Assembly: GCA_017431145.1 (NCBI GenBank) | Contig: JAFRLQ010000053.1 | Location: 59,710 to 123,709, forward strand | Direction of reading: 5' to 3' | Length of the DNA stretch: 64,000 bases | DNA from: Clostridia bacterium | Lineage (GTDB): Bacteria; Bacillota; Clostridia; Christensenellales; Maliibacteriaceae | Part shown: piece by piece, positions 53,144 to 63,995 of the stretch | Numbering within the stretch: position 1 is the first letter of the stretch | Layout: every line of letters begins with the position of its first letter | Program-made: the position numbers and the translations under genes | The notes under the pieces: model-generated | What the model saw: only the letters and a program-made list of their open reading frames with translations | What the model was told of the DNA's origin: nothing | Databases searched by the model: none

Positions 53144-54114
53144 TCCGTTTTTCCTTCCCTCCAGGCGCGGACCAGTCTTTCCCTGATCATGGCTTCCGCA
53201 GCATCGATGTCCTCCCGGACAGTGCATCCGGACGCAAGAACATGCCCTCCTCCGCCCAGTTCTTTCGCAACTGCCGCAACGTCGTAACCCGCCGCACAGC
53301 GGAAACTGACTTTGCAGCCGTCCTGCGATTCTCTGAGCAGCGCACAAAGCCTGCACGTGTCGATTTCTCTGAGGATATCGATCACACCGTCACTGTCCAC
53401 CTCCGTCGCGCCGGATACTTCAAAATCCTGTTTCGTCAGATACGTGGTCACGACTGCTCCGCTGCATTCCGTGCGGATGTGTTCGATCGCACGGCCCATA
53501 AGTTTCGTTTTGCTGAGTCTGCGGCTCGCATACAGACGCGTGTAGATCGCGTTGATATCCGCGCCGCATGCCACGAGATCCGCCGCCGCCCGGAGCGTCC
53601 GGGGCGTCGTGTTTCGGTGTGCGAATCCTCCTGTGTCCATCTCGATGGCAACGAGCAGGTACTCAGCGATCGTCCGGTCGACTGTGATCCCGAGCTGCGG
53701 GAGCAGTTCCGTCAGGATCTCTCCCGTCGCCGATGCCTGCGCGTCGACATAGACATAGTCCGCTTCACAGTCATTTGTGATGTGATGATCGATCACTGCA
53801 CAAGGCCTGCCCTGCAGAAGGGGCGCCAGGTCCCCGAGCCTTCCGGCATCGGAACAGTCCAGACAGACCGTCAGGTCATACGGCTTTTTCCCTACGTCTT
53901 CCGGCATCAGGATCCTGTCCGCTCCGGGGAGGAACAGGTACACCGGATCGATCGGTCCGGGAAGAAGCACGTCCGCTTCCTTTTTCATCTGCCGCAGCCC
54001 CGCTGCGAATGCAAGTGCACTCCCCACCGCGTCCCCGTCAGGATTGACGTGACCGCAGACGGCGATGCACTGTGCGCTGTCGATCAGCCGCGCAAGGCGC
54101 TCACTCTTCATCAC
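53140..54114 (-). CDS. nrnA: DHH/DHHA1 phosphoesterase NrnA (oligoribonuclease / pAp phosphatase)
   Basis: 324 aa. HVNPDGDAVGS, the DHH motif (VIDHH), and DHHA1 GGGH. Confidence 0.85.
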   Translation of the reverse strand: MMKSERLARLIDSAQCIAVCGHVNPDGDAVGSALAFAAGLRQMKKEADVLLPGPIDPVYLFLPGADRILMPEDVGKKPYDLTVCLDCSDAGRLGDLAPLLQGRPCAVIDHHITNDCEADYVYVDAQASATGEILTELLPQLGITVDRTIAEYLLVAIEMDTGGFAHRNTTPRTLRAAADLVACGADINAIYTRLYASRRLSKTKLMGRAIEHIRTECSGAVVTTYLTKQDFEVSGATEVDSDGVIDILREIDTCRLCALLRESQDGCKVSFRCAAGYDVAAVAKELGGGGHVLASGCTVREDIDAAEAMIRERLVRAWREGKTD

Positions 54115-54481
54115 TGTGTTCCTCTTGACTCACGATCGAATCGATCTTGTGTATCATCTCCACGCCGTAGGCGATGGAGTCATCCAGAACGAAATGCAGT
54201 TCCGGTGTATAGCGGATCAGCATCCGCGCACCGGTCTCCCTGCGGATGTATCCCGCGGCGGAACGTATCGCTTCAAAGGACTTTTTCGCCGCTTCCTCGT
54301 CTCTGTCAAAGATGCTGACAAACACCTTCGCGTGCCGCAGGTCCCGTGTCACGTCCACACGTGTCACGGAGATCATTCCCTGGATCCTCGGATCTTTCAT
54401 ACCGTGGATGATATCGCTGATCTCGCGCTGCATCTCCACGCCGATCCGGTCTGTTCTGACTGCACTGGACAAGACACTCAC
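54101..54481 (-). CDS. rbfA: Ribosome-binding factor A
   Basis: 126 aa. RbfA-like (RIGVEMQREISDII...DPRI..MISVTRVDVTRDLRHAKVFVS). Confidence 0.9.
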   Translation of the reverse strand: MSVLSSAVRTDRIGVEMQREISDIIHGMKDPRIQGMISVTRVDVTRDLRHAKVFVSIFDRDEEAAKKSFEAIRSAAGYIRRETGARMLIRYTPELHFVLDDSIAYGVEMIHKIDSIVSQEEHSDEE

Positions 54482-54506
54482 CTTCTTTCCTCTGTCCGGT
54501 TTCCGA

Positions 54507-57281
54507 TTACGCTTCCACTTCCTGGTTCTCGAAGACCTCGATCTGGTCTCCGACCTTGATATCGTTGTAGTTCACCAGGCTGATGCCGCATTCGTAGCCT
54601 GTGGCGACTTCACGGACATCGTCCTTGAATCTGCGCAGAGATGCGATATCCGCCTCGCGGATGATGACGTCGTCGCGGATGACGCGCGCTTTCGCCGTCC
54701 TGGTGATCTTGCCGTCCATGACATAGCAGCCTGCGATCGTGCCGACTCTTGAAACATGGTACGTCTCACGCACTTCCGCGTGTCCGAGGACCACTTCCTC
54801 ATACACAGGCGCAAGCATGCCGTGGATCGCAGCCTCGATGTCTTCGATCGCCTGATAGATGACGCGGTACAGACGGATGTCCACATCCTCATGCTCCGCG
54901 GCTTCCTTAGCCTGCGGCTGCGGACGGACGTTGAATCCGACGATGATCGCGTTGGACGCCGCTGCCAGCATGACGTCCGAAGCAGTGATCGCGCCGACAC
55001 CTCCGTGGATCGTGCGCACACGCACTTCCTCGTTGGAGATCTTTTCCAGCGAACTGCGGACCGCTTCCACGCTGCCCTGTACGTCCGCCTTGACGATCAC
55101 GTTGAGTTCCTTGATATTTCCCTGCTCGATCTGCGAGAACAAATCGTCCAGAGAGACCTTTGTCTGCGCCTTCAGCTGCTCCGCCTTGATGCGGTCGCGG
55201 CGCTCTTCCGCCACCTGTCTGGAAATGCTGCCCTCTTCGACGGCGTAGAGGTTGTCGCCCGCCTCAGGCACATCGCTGAAACCGATGACCTCGACGGGAT
55301 CGGACGGACCCGCTGCCGTTACGCGCGCGCCCTGCTCGTTCTGCATGGCACGTACGCGTCCGTAGGCAAGCCCCGCAACGATCGTGTCACCGACATGCAG
55401 CGTTCCGTTCTTCACGAGGACCGTTGCCACAGGACCGCGGCCTTTGTCCAGTTTCGCCTCGATGATGATACCTACCGCTCTGCGGTCCGGATTCGCCTTG
55501 AGCTCCAGCATATCCGCATCCAGAAGGATCATCTCAAGCAGTCTGTCGATGTTTTCGCCTGTGTGCGCGGATACGGGAACGCAGATGGTGTCTCCGCCCC
55601 ATTCCTCGGGAACCAGACCGTATTCCGTCAGCTGCTGCATGACACGGTCCACGTTCGCTGCCGGACGGTCGATCTTGTTGATCGCCACGATTATGGAAAC
55701 TCCCGCCGCCTTGGCGTGATTGATGGCTTCGATGGTCTGCGGCATGATGCCGTCATCCGCCGCTACGACCAGCACCGCGATATCCGTCGCCTGCGCGCCG
55801 CGCATACGCATCGCCGTGAAGGCTTCGTGTCCGGGCGTATCGAGGAAGGTGATCCTTCTTCCGTTCAGCGTCACACTGTATGCGCCGATATGCTGTGTGA
55901 TGCCGCCCGCTTCGGTCGCCGTCACATGTGTCTTGCGGATCATGTCCAGAAGGGACGTCTTGCCGTGATCGACATGTCCCATGATGGTCACGACCGGCGG
56001 ACGCTCTTTCAGATCCTCTTCCGCATCCTGCGCGGCATCGTCCATCAGGACTTCCTCCGTCGTCTTCTCGATCTTCTGCTCCAGCTCCACATCGAACTCG
56101 GAACAGACGAGAGACGCCGTATCGAAATCGATCTCGTTGTTGATCGTCGCCATGATGCCCAGAAGGAACAGTTTTTTGATGATCTCGGCAACGGGTCTTC
56201 CGATCTTCTCGGACAGATCCTTGACGCTGATCGTCTCGGTCGCCATCACGGCATGATCGATCTTGATGGGCTCGATCACGCGGGTCTCTTCCTTCTTCTT
56301 TCTACGGACCTTTCTGTTGCGGACGTTGTCGTCGTCTCCGAAACTCATGGGCTCGCCGTTCATACGGATCTGCTGACGGCGGTTCAGCCCGCGTTTCTCC
56401 TGATCCCCCTTCTTGGAATACTGGTTCCTGTTGGGATCATAGTTGCTTCCGCCGCGCTTTTCCTGCACAGGCGTGATCTGGGAGGCGATGTTCTGCTGTT
56501 TGCGCGGGTTCTTCGCGCCGCCTCTTGCAGCATTCCTGTCGGGCGACGCAGGCTGTGCCTGTGCCGCGCTGTATCTGGGGCCGCCTGCCTGCTGGCCTTC
56601 ACGCGCAGGTCTCTGGGGCCGGTCCTGACGGTCTGTGCGCTCTCTTCTTTGGGGGCGGTCCGTCCGTTCCGTGCTTCTGGCGTCAGGGCGGGATACATAG
56701 ACCGGTCCCTCGCGGTTCTCACGCTGAGGTCTGGAGCGGTCGCGGGATTCCTGGGTGCGGAAATCCAGCACCTTCGGTCCCTGCGTCTCCGTTTTCTTCA
56801 CGGTCTCCTGCTTCTGCGCAGGCTCCTCCGTCTTCTTCGGACGCGTCTCTTTTTCCTGTTTCACAGGTTCAGGCTTCACCTCAGCCGGCTTCTGCGCTTC
56901 GGTTTCCTTCTCCTCCGCTTTCTGAACAGGCTGCGTCTCCTGCACGGGAGCGGTCTCCTGCACTGCCGCTGGTTCAGCTTTCTCAGGCGCGCTGACCTCT
57001 GCTGCCTGCGCGGCAGGCTGCACTGCCGGCTGTGCCTTTTCCGCTTCGGCAGGCTGCTCTTCCCCGTTCTCCTGCATCTGTCTTGCAAGCGCCTCGGCAG
57101 CCTCACGCTCTTCCGCGCGCTGCTGCTCAGCCTGTTTCTGGAGCGCAATCTCCATCCTCTTCAGATTCTGTGCTTTCGCGCGCCACTGCTGCTGCTGTCT
57201 GCGCACACTGTTCAAAAGCGCTTCCGCGCTCTCGCTCATCTGTTTCGTCAGCTCTCCGATTTTCACTTTGTTCGTGCTCAT
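54507..57281 (-). CDS. infB: Translation initiation factor IF-2
   Basis: 924 aa. Long low-complexity N-terminus. G-domain [20 protein letters not shown] and NKID. Confidence 0.95.
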   Translation of the reverse strand: MSTNKVKIGELTKQMSESAEALLNSVRRQQQQWRAKAQNLKRMEIALQKQAEQQRAEEREAAEALARQMQENGEEQPAEAEKAQPAVQPAAQAAEVSAPEKAEPAAVQETAPVQETQPVQKAEEKETEAQKPAEVKPEPVKQEKETRPKKTEEPAQKQETVKKTETQGPKVLDFRTQESRDRSRPQRENREGPVYVSRPDARSTERTDRPQRRERTDRQDRPQRPAREGQQAGGPRYSAAQAQPASPDRNAARGGAKNPRKQQNIASQITPVQEKRGGSNYDPNRNQYSKKGDQEKRGLNRRQQIRMNGEPMSFGDDDNVRNRKVRRKKKEETRVIEPIKIDHAVMATETISVKDLSEKIGRPVAEIIKKLFLLGIMATINNEIDFDTASLVCSEFDVELEQKIEKTTEEVLMDDAAQDAEEDLKERPPVVTIMGHVDHGKTSLLDMIRKTHVTATEAGGITQHIGAYSVTLNGRRITFLDTPGHEAFTAMRMRGAQATDIAVLVVAADDGIMPQTIEAINHAKAAGVSIIVAINKIDRPAANVDRVMQQLTEYGLVPEEWGGDTICVPVSAHTGENIDRLLEMILLDADMLELKANPDRRAVGIIIEAKLDKGRGPVATVLVKNGTLHVGDTIVAGLAYGRVRAMQNEQGARVTAAGPSDPVEVIGFSDVPEAGDNLYAVEEGSISRQVAEERRDRIKAEQLKAQTKVSLDDLFSQIEQGNIKELNVIVKADVQGSVEAVRSSLEKISNEEVRVRTIHGGVGAITASDVMLAAASNAIIVGFNVRPQPQAKEAAEHEDVDIRLYRVIYQAIEDIEAAIHGMLAPVYEEVVLGHAEVRETYHVSRVGTIAGCYVMDGKITRTAKARVIRDDVIIREADIASLRRFKDDVREVATGYECGISLVNYNDIKVGDQIEVFENQEVEA

Positions 57282-57622
57282 TGCTGCACTCCTTCCTCTG
57301 CGCTTCTGTCCTTTGTTTCATCCCCGTATGCGTTGCACACGAGTTTCGCAAGATTCTCATCCTGCACCGCAAACAGAAGGCAGTTGCTCTTTCCCGCATA
57401 AACGGCCGCTTCCACGCTCGCAGGCAGTTCTCTGTACGGGACACCGCAGGTCCCGCAGAGGTACTGCAGCCGTTTTCTCGTACCTTCCGCAGCTCTTTCA
57501 TCAATGAGAACCAGCCATGCCGTTCCCATCTGTACGCTTCTTTTTACGGCAAAATCTCCGCATGCCAGCTTGCCCGCTCTCGCGCATAAGCCGATCGCGC
57601 CACGTATCTTCTGATCACGCAT
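57278..57622 (-). CDS. ylxQ: L7Ae-family RNA-binding protein (YlxQ)
   Basis: 114 aa. [12 protein letters not shown] motif. Conserved position between ylxR and infB. Confidence 0.8.
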   Translation of the reverse strand: MRDQKIRGAIGLCARAGKLACGDFAVKRSVQMGTAWLVLIDERAAEGTRKRLQYLCGTCGVPYRELPASVEAAVYAGKSNCLLFAVQDENLAKLVCNAYGDETKDRSAEEGVQQ

Positions 57623-57884
57623 CCGCCCGGATCTCCTCTCTGAGGCGTTCGATCTCCTCCTGCGTCAGATCCTTCTCCAGCGCATGCTGCACCGCGCGGA
57701 TCTTAATCGCTCTGTCGAGGCACTGTTCGTTTCTGCAAAGATATGCTCCTCTTCCGGACACCTTGCCCGTAAGATCCATTCTGATGATCCCCTCCGGGTC
57801 CGCGACGAGTCTGACCAGTTCCCTTTTGGGTTTCATTTCCCTGCATCCGACGCACATACGCATCGGGATCTTCTTCTGCTTCAA
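57615..57884 (-). CDS. ylxR: YlxR-family (DUF448) RNA-binding protein
   Basis: 89 aa. RMCVGCREMKPKRELVR and GRGAYLC motifs. Confidence 0.85.
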   Translation of the reverse strand: MKQKKIPMRMCVGCREMKPKRELVRLVADPEGIIRMDLTGKVSGRGAYLCRNEQCLDRAIKIRAVQHALEKDLTQEEIERLREEIRADA

Positions 57885-57901
57885 GCAGTTTCCTCCTTAT
57901 A

Positions 57902-59017
57902 TCAAAGGTCGAGATCCCCGAGGTCTTCTGCCTCGAAATCTTCTTCCTCGAAATCTTCTTCCTCCATCAGGCTGTCCATTTCGGACTGGCTCTTGATATC
58001 GATCCCCCAGCCGGTCAGTTTCGCGGCAAGCCTGGCATTCTGTCCCTCTCTTCCGATCGCAAGGGAAAGCTGATCGTCCGGGACGACGACGCGCGCTGCT
58101 TTCTGTCCGCCTGTCTCATCTGTCCACACCGCCGTCACACGCGCGGGGCTCAGAGCGCTGGCAATATACTGCGCGGGGACCTCGCTCCATCTGATGATAT
58201 CGATCTTCTCACCCTTCAGTTCGTCCACGATGCGCTCCACCCTTGTGCCGCGCTGTCCGACGCAGGCGCCGACCGGATCGATATCGTCCTGCAGGCTGCT
58301 GACCGCGATCTTGGTGCGGAAACCGGCCTCGCGCGCGATCGCGTGGATCTGCACGATCCCGTTGCGGATCTCAGGCACTTCGCTTTCAAACAGGCGTCTG
58401 ACAAGATTGGGATGCGTTCTGGAAACATGGACCTGAGGCCCCTGTCCCTGTGTGGAGCGGCTGACCGTCACGACATAGACTTTCACATATTCGCCGGGCG
58501 TCAGACGCTCGCCGGGAATGATCTCCTGCTGCGCAAGAAACGCGTCCGTCTTGCCGATATCCAGATAAACACCGTTCTTTTCCACACGCTTGACGATCGC
58601 GTTGATGGTCTCGTCCGTAGAGTCGGCGTAGCGGTCATAGATGCTGCTGCGCTCCTCCTCGCGGATCTTCTGCACGACCATCTGTCCCGCGGTCTGCGCC
58701 GCGATGCGTCCGAACGTCTTGGGCGTGACTTCTTTTTCCACGACGTCGCCGATCCCGAAGCCGGTGCGGATCTTCTTCGCTTCCTCGAGGGAGATCTCCG
58801 TCTGCGGATTCTCCACCTGCTCCGCTACCTTCCAGCGGCGGAACACCTGCATCCTGCCTGTCTCGCGGTTGATGGACACGCGCACGTCCGTATCGTTGCC
58901 GTAGTCCTTCTTATATGCGGTCACGAGAGCCTTCTCGATGGCCTCGATCATCACATCTTTCTTGATTCCCTTTTCCTTTTCCAGCGCACGCAGCGCGTCG
59001 ATAAACTCGTGATTCAC
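57902..59017 (-). CDS. nusA: Transcription termination/antitermination factor NusA
   Basis: 371 aa. S1 and tandem KH domains (ACVGQRGTRV, AIGREGQNARLA). Acidic C-terminal tail. Confidence 0.95.
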   Translation of the reverse strand: MNHEFIDALRALEKEKGIKKDVMIEAIEKALVTAYKKDYGNDTDVRVSINRETGRMQVFRRWKVAEQVENPQTEISLEEAKKIRTGFGIGDVVEKEVTPKTFGRIAAQTAGQMVVQKIREEERSSIYDRYADSTDETINAIVKRVEKNGVYLDIGKTDAFLAQQEIIPGERLTPGEYVKVYVVTVSRSTQGQGPQVHVSRTHPNLVRRLFESEVPEIRNGIVQIHAIAREAGFRTKIAVSSLQDDIDPVGACVGQRGTRVERIVDELKGEKIDIIRWSEVPAQYIASALSPARVTAVWTDETGGQKAARVVVPDDQLSLAIGREGQNARLAAKLTGWGIDIKSQSEMDSLMEEEDFEEEDFEAEDLGDLDL

Positions 59018-59041
59018 TTCCTGCCTCCCGATCCTGTTTCC

Positions 59042-59497
59042 TCAAAAATCCAGCCGGAACATCGGCTTGACTGATGATACGTCCTTTGCGGCGAATTCCA
59101 TTTCCGCGCCGCTTTCCTCTTCCGTGATGCGGATCACGTCCGCGTCCCTTCCCAGCAGTACGCCACCGAAGAGCTTTTTGCCGTCTCTTGCCGCATAGAG
59201 TCGGACTTCCACTTCCCTGCCCTGCATCCTTTTGAAATCCTGCTCGGATTTCAGCGGTCGGTCGCCCGGAGAGGAGACCTCAAGATAATCGTAGTCGACA
59301 TCCTCAAGCGGGTCGACGATCGCGCGGTGGAACGTCTCGCATCGGTTCATATCGATACCGCCGTCGCAATCCGCGTAGATCCGGACCAGCCTGCTTTTTC
59401 CCATCTTCGTGATCTCAACGTCCACAAGATAAAGACCCATCTCATTTGCGATGGGCTCTACAATCACACGTATCTGTTCTTTTAAGCTGACTGCCAT
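59042..59497 (-). CDS. rimP: Ribosome maturation factor RimP
   Basis: The track ORF 59042-59566 was trimmed to MAVSLKEQIRVIVEPI at 59497. RimP-like (GLYLVDVEI...LEVSSPG.DRPL). Confidence 0.85.
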   Translation of the reverse strand: MAVSLKEQIRVIVEPIANEMGLYLVDVEITKMGKSRLVRIYADCDGGIDMNRCETFHRAIVDPLEDVDYDYLEVSSPGDRPLKSEQDFKRMQGREVEVRLYAARDGKKLFGGVLLGRDADVIRITEEESGAEMEFAAKDVSSVKPMFRLDF

Positions 59498-59711
59498 ACG
59501 CGCTTCTGTGCCTCCGTTTCCTTTCCTTATACCTAGAAAGACGGAGCGGGACGCTTCCCACTCCATCTGATCAGATCAATGATGCTGTTCTTTACGATCG
59601 AAATCGCTCATACGCACGAAGTATATCATAATCCCTGCGCAGGTGTAAACCTGTTTTTTTTGAAAAAGCTCCGAAAAAAGCCTGTTTCTGCGTACTTTTC
59701 CCTTCCCGGGC

Positions 59712-62700
59712 TCACAGTCCGAGCCCTTCGAACAGGTTCATCTGACTGCTCTCGGGAAGTCCGTCCAGCACACCGTAATCCCGCAGCAGCGCCGTCATGG
59801 AACGTCCCGTTTTCGTGCGCTCCGTGAAATCGTCGACGGAGCGGAAGGGATCGTTTCTGTCCCGTCCCGCCACGATCGCCTTCGCGACGCTCTCCCCAAG
59901 TCCCGGGATCGCCGTAAGCGGCGGACGGATCCCGTCGGGCGCAACGGTGAAACGGGTCGCCTCCGACTCATACAGGTCGATCGGCAGAAAATTGATCTTG
60001 CGCGCATGCATCTCCACGATCACTTCCAGCGCTGCCTGGATGCTCTTTTCACGCGGATTCAGTTTTCCCCTGCGGCTGTAGTCACGCAGAACGGAGCGCA
60101 CCTCCTCGTCGCTCTTCAGCATGACGGACGCGTCGAAATCCGTTCCCGTACGCGCCGTAAAATAAGTAGCGTAGTAAGCCTGCGGCTCGTAGATCTTGAA
60201 CCACGCGATCCTGAGGCACATCATGACGTACGCTGACGCATGCGCTTTGGGGAACATGTATCCGATCTTCTTGCAGGAATCGATGAACCAGTCCTCCACA
60301 CCTGCGTCGCGCATCTTGGGTTCCATGTCTCCCTTGCCCTTGAGGACGAGTCCCTTTCCCTTGCGGACGCTCTCCATGATGTTGAACGCGTCGAGCGGTT
60401 CCATCTTCTTGATCAGGGCGTTCATGATATCGTCGCGTGTGCAGATCGCTTCCCGCAGCGTCACGGTGCCGTTCTTGATAAGATCCTGCGCGTTTCCGAT
60501 CCAGACGTCCGTCCCGTGGGAAAGGCCCGAGATGCGGATCAGCTCCGACATGGAGGTCGGTTTCGTCTCCACGAGCATCTGCCGCACAAAAGGCGTGCCG
60601 AACTCCGGAAGCCCGTATGTGCCCACCGGGGTGCCGATCTGCTCCTCCGTCACACCGAGCGCTTCCGTTGAGGAGAACAGGGAGATGACTTTGGGATCCG
60701 TGATCGGGACCTTTCTGGCGTTGACTCCCGTCATGTCTTCCAGCATGCGGATGACGGTCGGATCCACGTGTCCGAGGATATCCAGTTTCACCAGCGTATC
60801 GTGCATATCGGAGAATTCAAAATGGCTCGTGATGATATCTGTCCTCGGGTCGTCCGCCGGATGCTGCAGCGGTGTGAACCGGTTGATATCCTCGCCCTTG
60901 GGCAGCACAACGATCCCGCCGGGATGCTGTCCCGTCGTTCTCTTGATGCCGGAGCAGCCCGCGATCAGGCGTCTGATCTCAGCTGGCGAAGCCGTCTTTC
61001 CCTTGTCCTCGAGATAGTCTCTGACATATGCGAACACAGTCCTGTCCGCCACCGTGCCGACCGTGCCTGCCCGGAAGACCTGTCCCTTTCCGAAGATCTC
61101 CTCTGTATAGCGGTGCGCGACAGGCTGGTATTCGCCCGAGAAATTCAGATCGATATCCGGGACCTTGTCCCCCTTGAACCCGAGGAACGTCTCGAAGGGA
61201 ATGTCGTATCCGTCCCGGACCAGCGGTGCTCCGCAGACCGGACAGACGCGTTCCGGAAGATCCGGCCCCACCGCATAGGTCTCGGTATCCACGTCAAAAT
61301 CCGAGAATCTGCATACTTCGCAGCGGTAATGCGGCGGCAGCGGATTGACCTCGGTAATGCTGCACATCGTCGCGGCCAGGGAGGATCCCACAGAACCTCT
61401 GGATCCCACGAGATATCCGTCCGAAAGGGATTTCGTGACCAGTTTCTGCGCGATCAGGTACAGAACCGCATAGTCGTTTGAAATGATGCTGTTCAGTTCC
61501 CTGTCCAGACGCTTGTAGACGATCTCGGGGACCGGATCCCCGTACATTTCCCTGCAGCGCTTCCACGCCATCTCCCGGATCTGTTCATCGGATCCTTCGA
61601 TGACAGGCGGATGCAGCCCCTCGGGGATCGGCACGATGCTGCTGATCCAGGAAGCGACTTTGCGCGTATCGTCGATCACGACCTTGCGCGCGGTCTCCTC
61701 TCCCAGATACGAAAATTCCTCCAGCATCTCCTGCGTCGTTCTGAAATAGAGCGGGCGTCCATCCGCACCCACGTCCTCATATCCCTGGGAATGCTGCAGG
61801 ATCTCACGGAAATACCCGTCATGCCGGTCCAGATAGTGCACATCGCCGGTCGCAACGACAGGCTTGCCCAGCTGTTCCCCGATACGGACGATCGTCCGGT
61901 TGAACCGGTGCAGTTCCTCCGCGGACGCGACCTTTCCCTCCCGCACGAGGAACATGTTGTTCCCGTCCGGCTGGATCTCCAGATAATCGTAGAACGAAGC
62001 GATACGCAGAAGCTCCTCCTCGCTCTTGCCCGTCCTGACGGCCGTATAAAGCTCTCCGTTCTCGCAGGCGGACCCGATAATGAGTCCCTCCCTCAGCGCC
62101 TGCACCCGGCTCTTGGGCATCCGCGGTCTGCGGTAGAAGTATCTGAGATGGGATTCCGTGATCAGTTCGTACAGGTTCCTCAGGCCTTCCTGATCCCGCG
62201 CGAAGATCACTGTGTGATGGGACTCCTGGGAAGACACGATCCTTTCCGTGTCGATATGGCTCCTGACATCTCCGGCATAGGAAATCCCCATGTCCCTGAG
62301 CATGCCGAACAGATGCAGCATGATCTGTGCGCATGCAAGCGCGTCATCCACCGCCCTGTGGTGATTCTCAAGGTCCACATTGAAATATTTGGTCAGGCTG
62401 TTCAGTTTATAGTTCTTCAGTTCCGGCACCAGCTGGCGCGCAAACGTCAGCGTGTCCAGAGACTCGAACCGGTAGTCGATCCCCATGCGTTTGCACGCCG
62501 TCGCGATGAATTCCGTATCGAACGCGGCGTTGTGTGCGACCAGCACGGAGGCGCCCGCGAATGTCAGGAATTCCGGGAGCACCTTTTCGATCGGAGGCGC
62601 ATCCTTGACCATCGAATCCGAGATCCCGGTCAGCTTCACGATCTTTTCGGGGATCTTCCTGTAGGGATTGACGAAGGTATTGTACCTTTCCCCGATTTTG

Positions 62701-63995
62701 CCGTTCTCCACGATCGCGGCGCCGATCTCGATGATCGTGTCCTTTCCCGCGTTCAGTCCCGTCGTCTCGATATCAAAGACGCAGTAGCGTCCGTCGAGCG
62801 GGAACTTCTTCTCATCGCCCTCATCGGGAAGATCGTCCACCATATATGCTTCTGTTCCGGCGAGGAAACGCACACCTGTCTGCTTTGCCGCCGCATACGC
62901 ATCCGGAAACGCCTGGATCACGCCGTGGTCCGTTACGGCTACCGCGTCCATACCCCATTCCTTCGCCCTTTTGAACAGCGCCTTGACATCCGTCACGGCG
63001 TCCATATTGCTCATCTTCGTGTGCAGATGCAGTTCCACGCGCTTGACCGGCGCGTCGTCTTTTCTGGGTTTCACGACCGGAGCCGTGATATCATGCGCCA
63101 CGACGACGCAGCCCTTCTCGAAGCGGTCATACCCGCAGTCGCCTCTCACGCGCAGCTGCATTCCCGGCGCGATCCCCTTCAGAAGCGCATCTTTCTCTTC
63201 TTTATTGACATAGCATTTGACCGTGCAGGAGGAATCGTAATCCGTCATGGCGAACTTGATCTCGATCCTGCCGCCGCGTGTTTCACGGTCTTCCACTTCA
63301 AAGACCGTTCCCTCCACGACGACTGTTCCGCTCCCCTCGTTGATCTCCTCGATCGGAATGGTCTTCGCTTCCGTGACCTTCGTTCCGAGAAGGATCTTCG
63401 GCCCTTCCTTTTTCTTCTTGCGTTTCTTCGCCGCCTCCGCCTCCGCTTTGCGGACCACTTCCGCCGCGATGCTCTCGAAGTCCGGCTCCTCTTCCGTCTG
63501 CGCCTCTGCGATCAGCACTTCGCGGAATCCGCTGAACCTGTGATCGATCCAGACTTTCAGGAGTTCTGCGCATCTGCTGCTTTCCAGGATCACATGTGCG
63601 TCGGGAAGCGTCGGGATCAGCGTCAGGTTCCCCTTGGAGTCGAACTGCCACTGCGCCGTCTCAAGCACACGTCTGCATCTGGCTGCTGCATTGCAGTATT
63701 CGATCATTTCCTCTCTGTAACGGCGCAGCAGGGCAGCATCGTACGGCATTTTCTCCCGCACCTGCCACAGCACTTCGACGCGGATGCCCGGGACCTGCCG
63801 CTCCAATGCGGAAGCGATCTTCGCCGTGATCTGATCGCTGACCGCGTCCGCTACCTCCGCAGTCACCGTCATCGTTTTTTTCTGCACGTCAAAGACGGCG
63901 TCCGCGACTTTCAAGCCGAGCACGCCCGCGTCCAGACCGCATTGTGCGGCGATTTCATAAAACGATGTGTTTTCCGTCTGCATCCTGTCTGTCAC
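59712..63995 (-). CDS. polC: DNA polymerase III alpha subunit, PolC type
   Basis: 1427 aa. PHP domain (HLHTKMSNMD), inserted 3'-5' exonuclease (FDIETTGL...HNAAFD...HRAVDDA) and a polymerase core. Confidence 0.95.
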   Translation of the reverse strand: MTDRMQTENTSFYEIAAQCGLDAGVLGLKVADAVFDVQKKTMTVTAEVADAVSDQITAKIASALERQVPGIRVEVLWQVREKMPYDAALLRRYREEMIEYCNAAARCRRVLETAQWQFDSKGNLTLIPTLPDAHVILESSRCAELLKVWIDHRFSGFREVLIAEAQTEEEPDFESIAAEVVRKAEAEAAKKRKKKKEGPKILLGTKVTEAKTIPIEEINEGSGTVVVEGTVFEVEDRETRGGRIEIKFAMTDYDSSCTVKCYVNKEEKDALLKGIAPGMQLRVRGDCGYDRFEKGCVVVAHDITAPVVKPRKDDAPVKRVELHLHTKMSNMDAVTDVKALFKRAKEWGMDAVAVTDHGVIQAFPDAYAAAKQTGVRFLAGTEAYMVDDLPDEGDEKKFPLDGRYCVFDIETTGLNAGKDTIIEIGAAIVENGKIGERYNTFVNPYRKIPEKIVKLTGISDSMVKDAPPIEKVLPEFLTFAGASVLVAHNAAFDTEFIATACKRMGIDYRFESLDTLTFARQLVPELKNYKLNSLTKYFNVDLENHHRAVDDALACAQIMLHLFGMLRDMGISYAGDVRSHIDTERIVSSQESHHTVIFARDQEGLRNLYELITESHLRYFYRRPRMPKSRVQALREGLIIGSACENGELYTAVRTGKSEEELLRIASFYDYLEIQPDGNNMFLVREGKVASAEELHRFNRTIVRIGEQLGKPVVATGDVHYLDRHDGYFREILQHSQGYEDVGADGRPLYFRTTQEMLEEFSYLGEETARKVVIDDTRKVASWISSIVPIPEGLHPPVIEGSDEQIREMAWKRCREMYGDPVPEIVYKRLDRELNSIISNDYAVLYLIAQKLVTKSLSDGYLVGSRGSVGSSLAATMCSITEVNPLPPHYRCEVCRFSDFDVDTETYAVGPDLPERVCPVCGAPLVRDGYDIPFETFLGFKGDKVPDIDLNFSGEYQPVAHRYTEEIFGKGQVFRAGTVGTVADRTVFAYVRDYLEDKGKTASPAEIRRLIAGCSGIKRTTGQHPGGIVVLPKGEDINRFTPLQHPADDPRTDIITSHFEFSDMHDTLVKLDILGHVDPTVIRMLEDMTGVNARKVPITDPKVISLFSSTEALGVTEEQIGTPVGTYGLPEFGTPFVRQMLVETKPTSMSELIRISGLSHGTDVWIGNAQDLIKNGTVTLREAICTRDDIMNALIKKMEPLDAFNIMESVRKGKGLVLKGKGDMEPKMRDAGVEDWFIDSCKKIGYMFPKAHASAYVMMCLRIAWFKIYEPQAYYATYFTARTGTDFDASVMLKSDEEVRSVLRDYSRRGKLNPREKSIQAALEVIVEMHARKINFLPIDLYESEATRFTVAPDGIRPPLTAIPGLGESVAKAIVAGRDRNDPFRSVDDFTERTKTGRSMTALLRDYGVLDGLPESSQMNLFEGLGL

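Noticed and set aside
54756-57401. An 881-aa plus-strand ORF.
   Set aside because: It is antisense to infB and its sequence is low-complexity Arg/Leu-rich. The same reasoning applies to the other long shadow ORFs at 10222-11625(-), 16652-17653(+), 26459-27679(-), 37265-38530(+), 42644-43999(+), 48874-50136(+) and 50496-52322(+).
59619-59649. A candidate promoter for rimP-nusA (minus strand TTTACA ... TATACT).
   Set aside because: The spacer is 19 nt, which is too long for confidence, so it is not listed as a feature.
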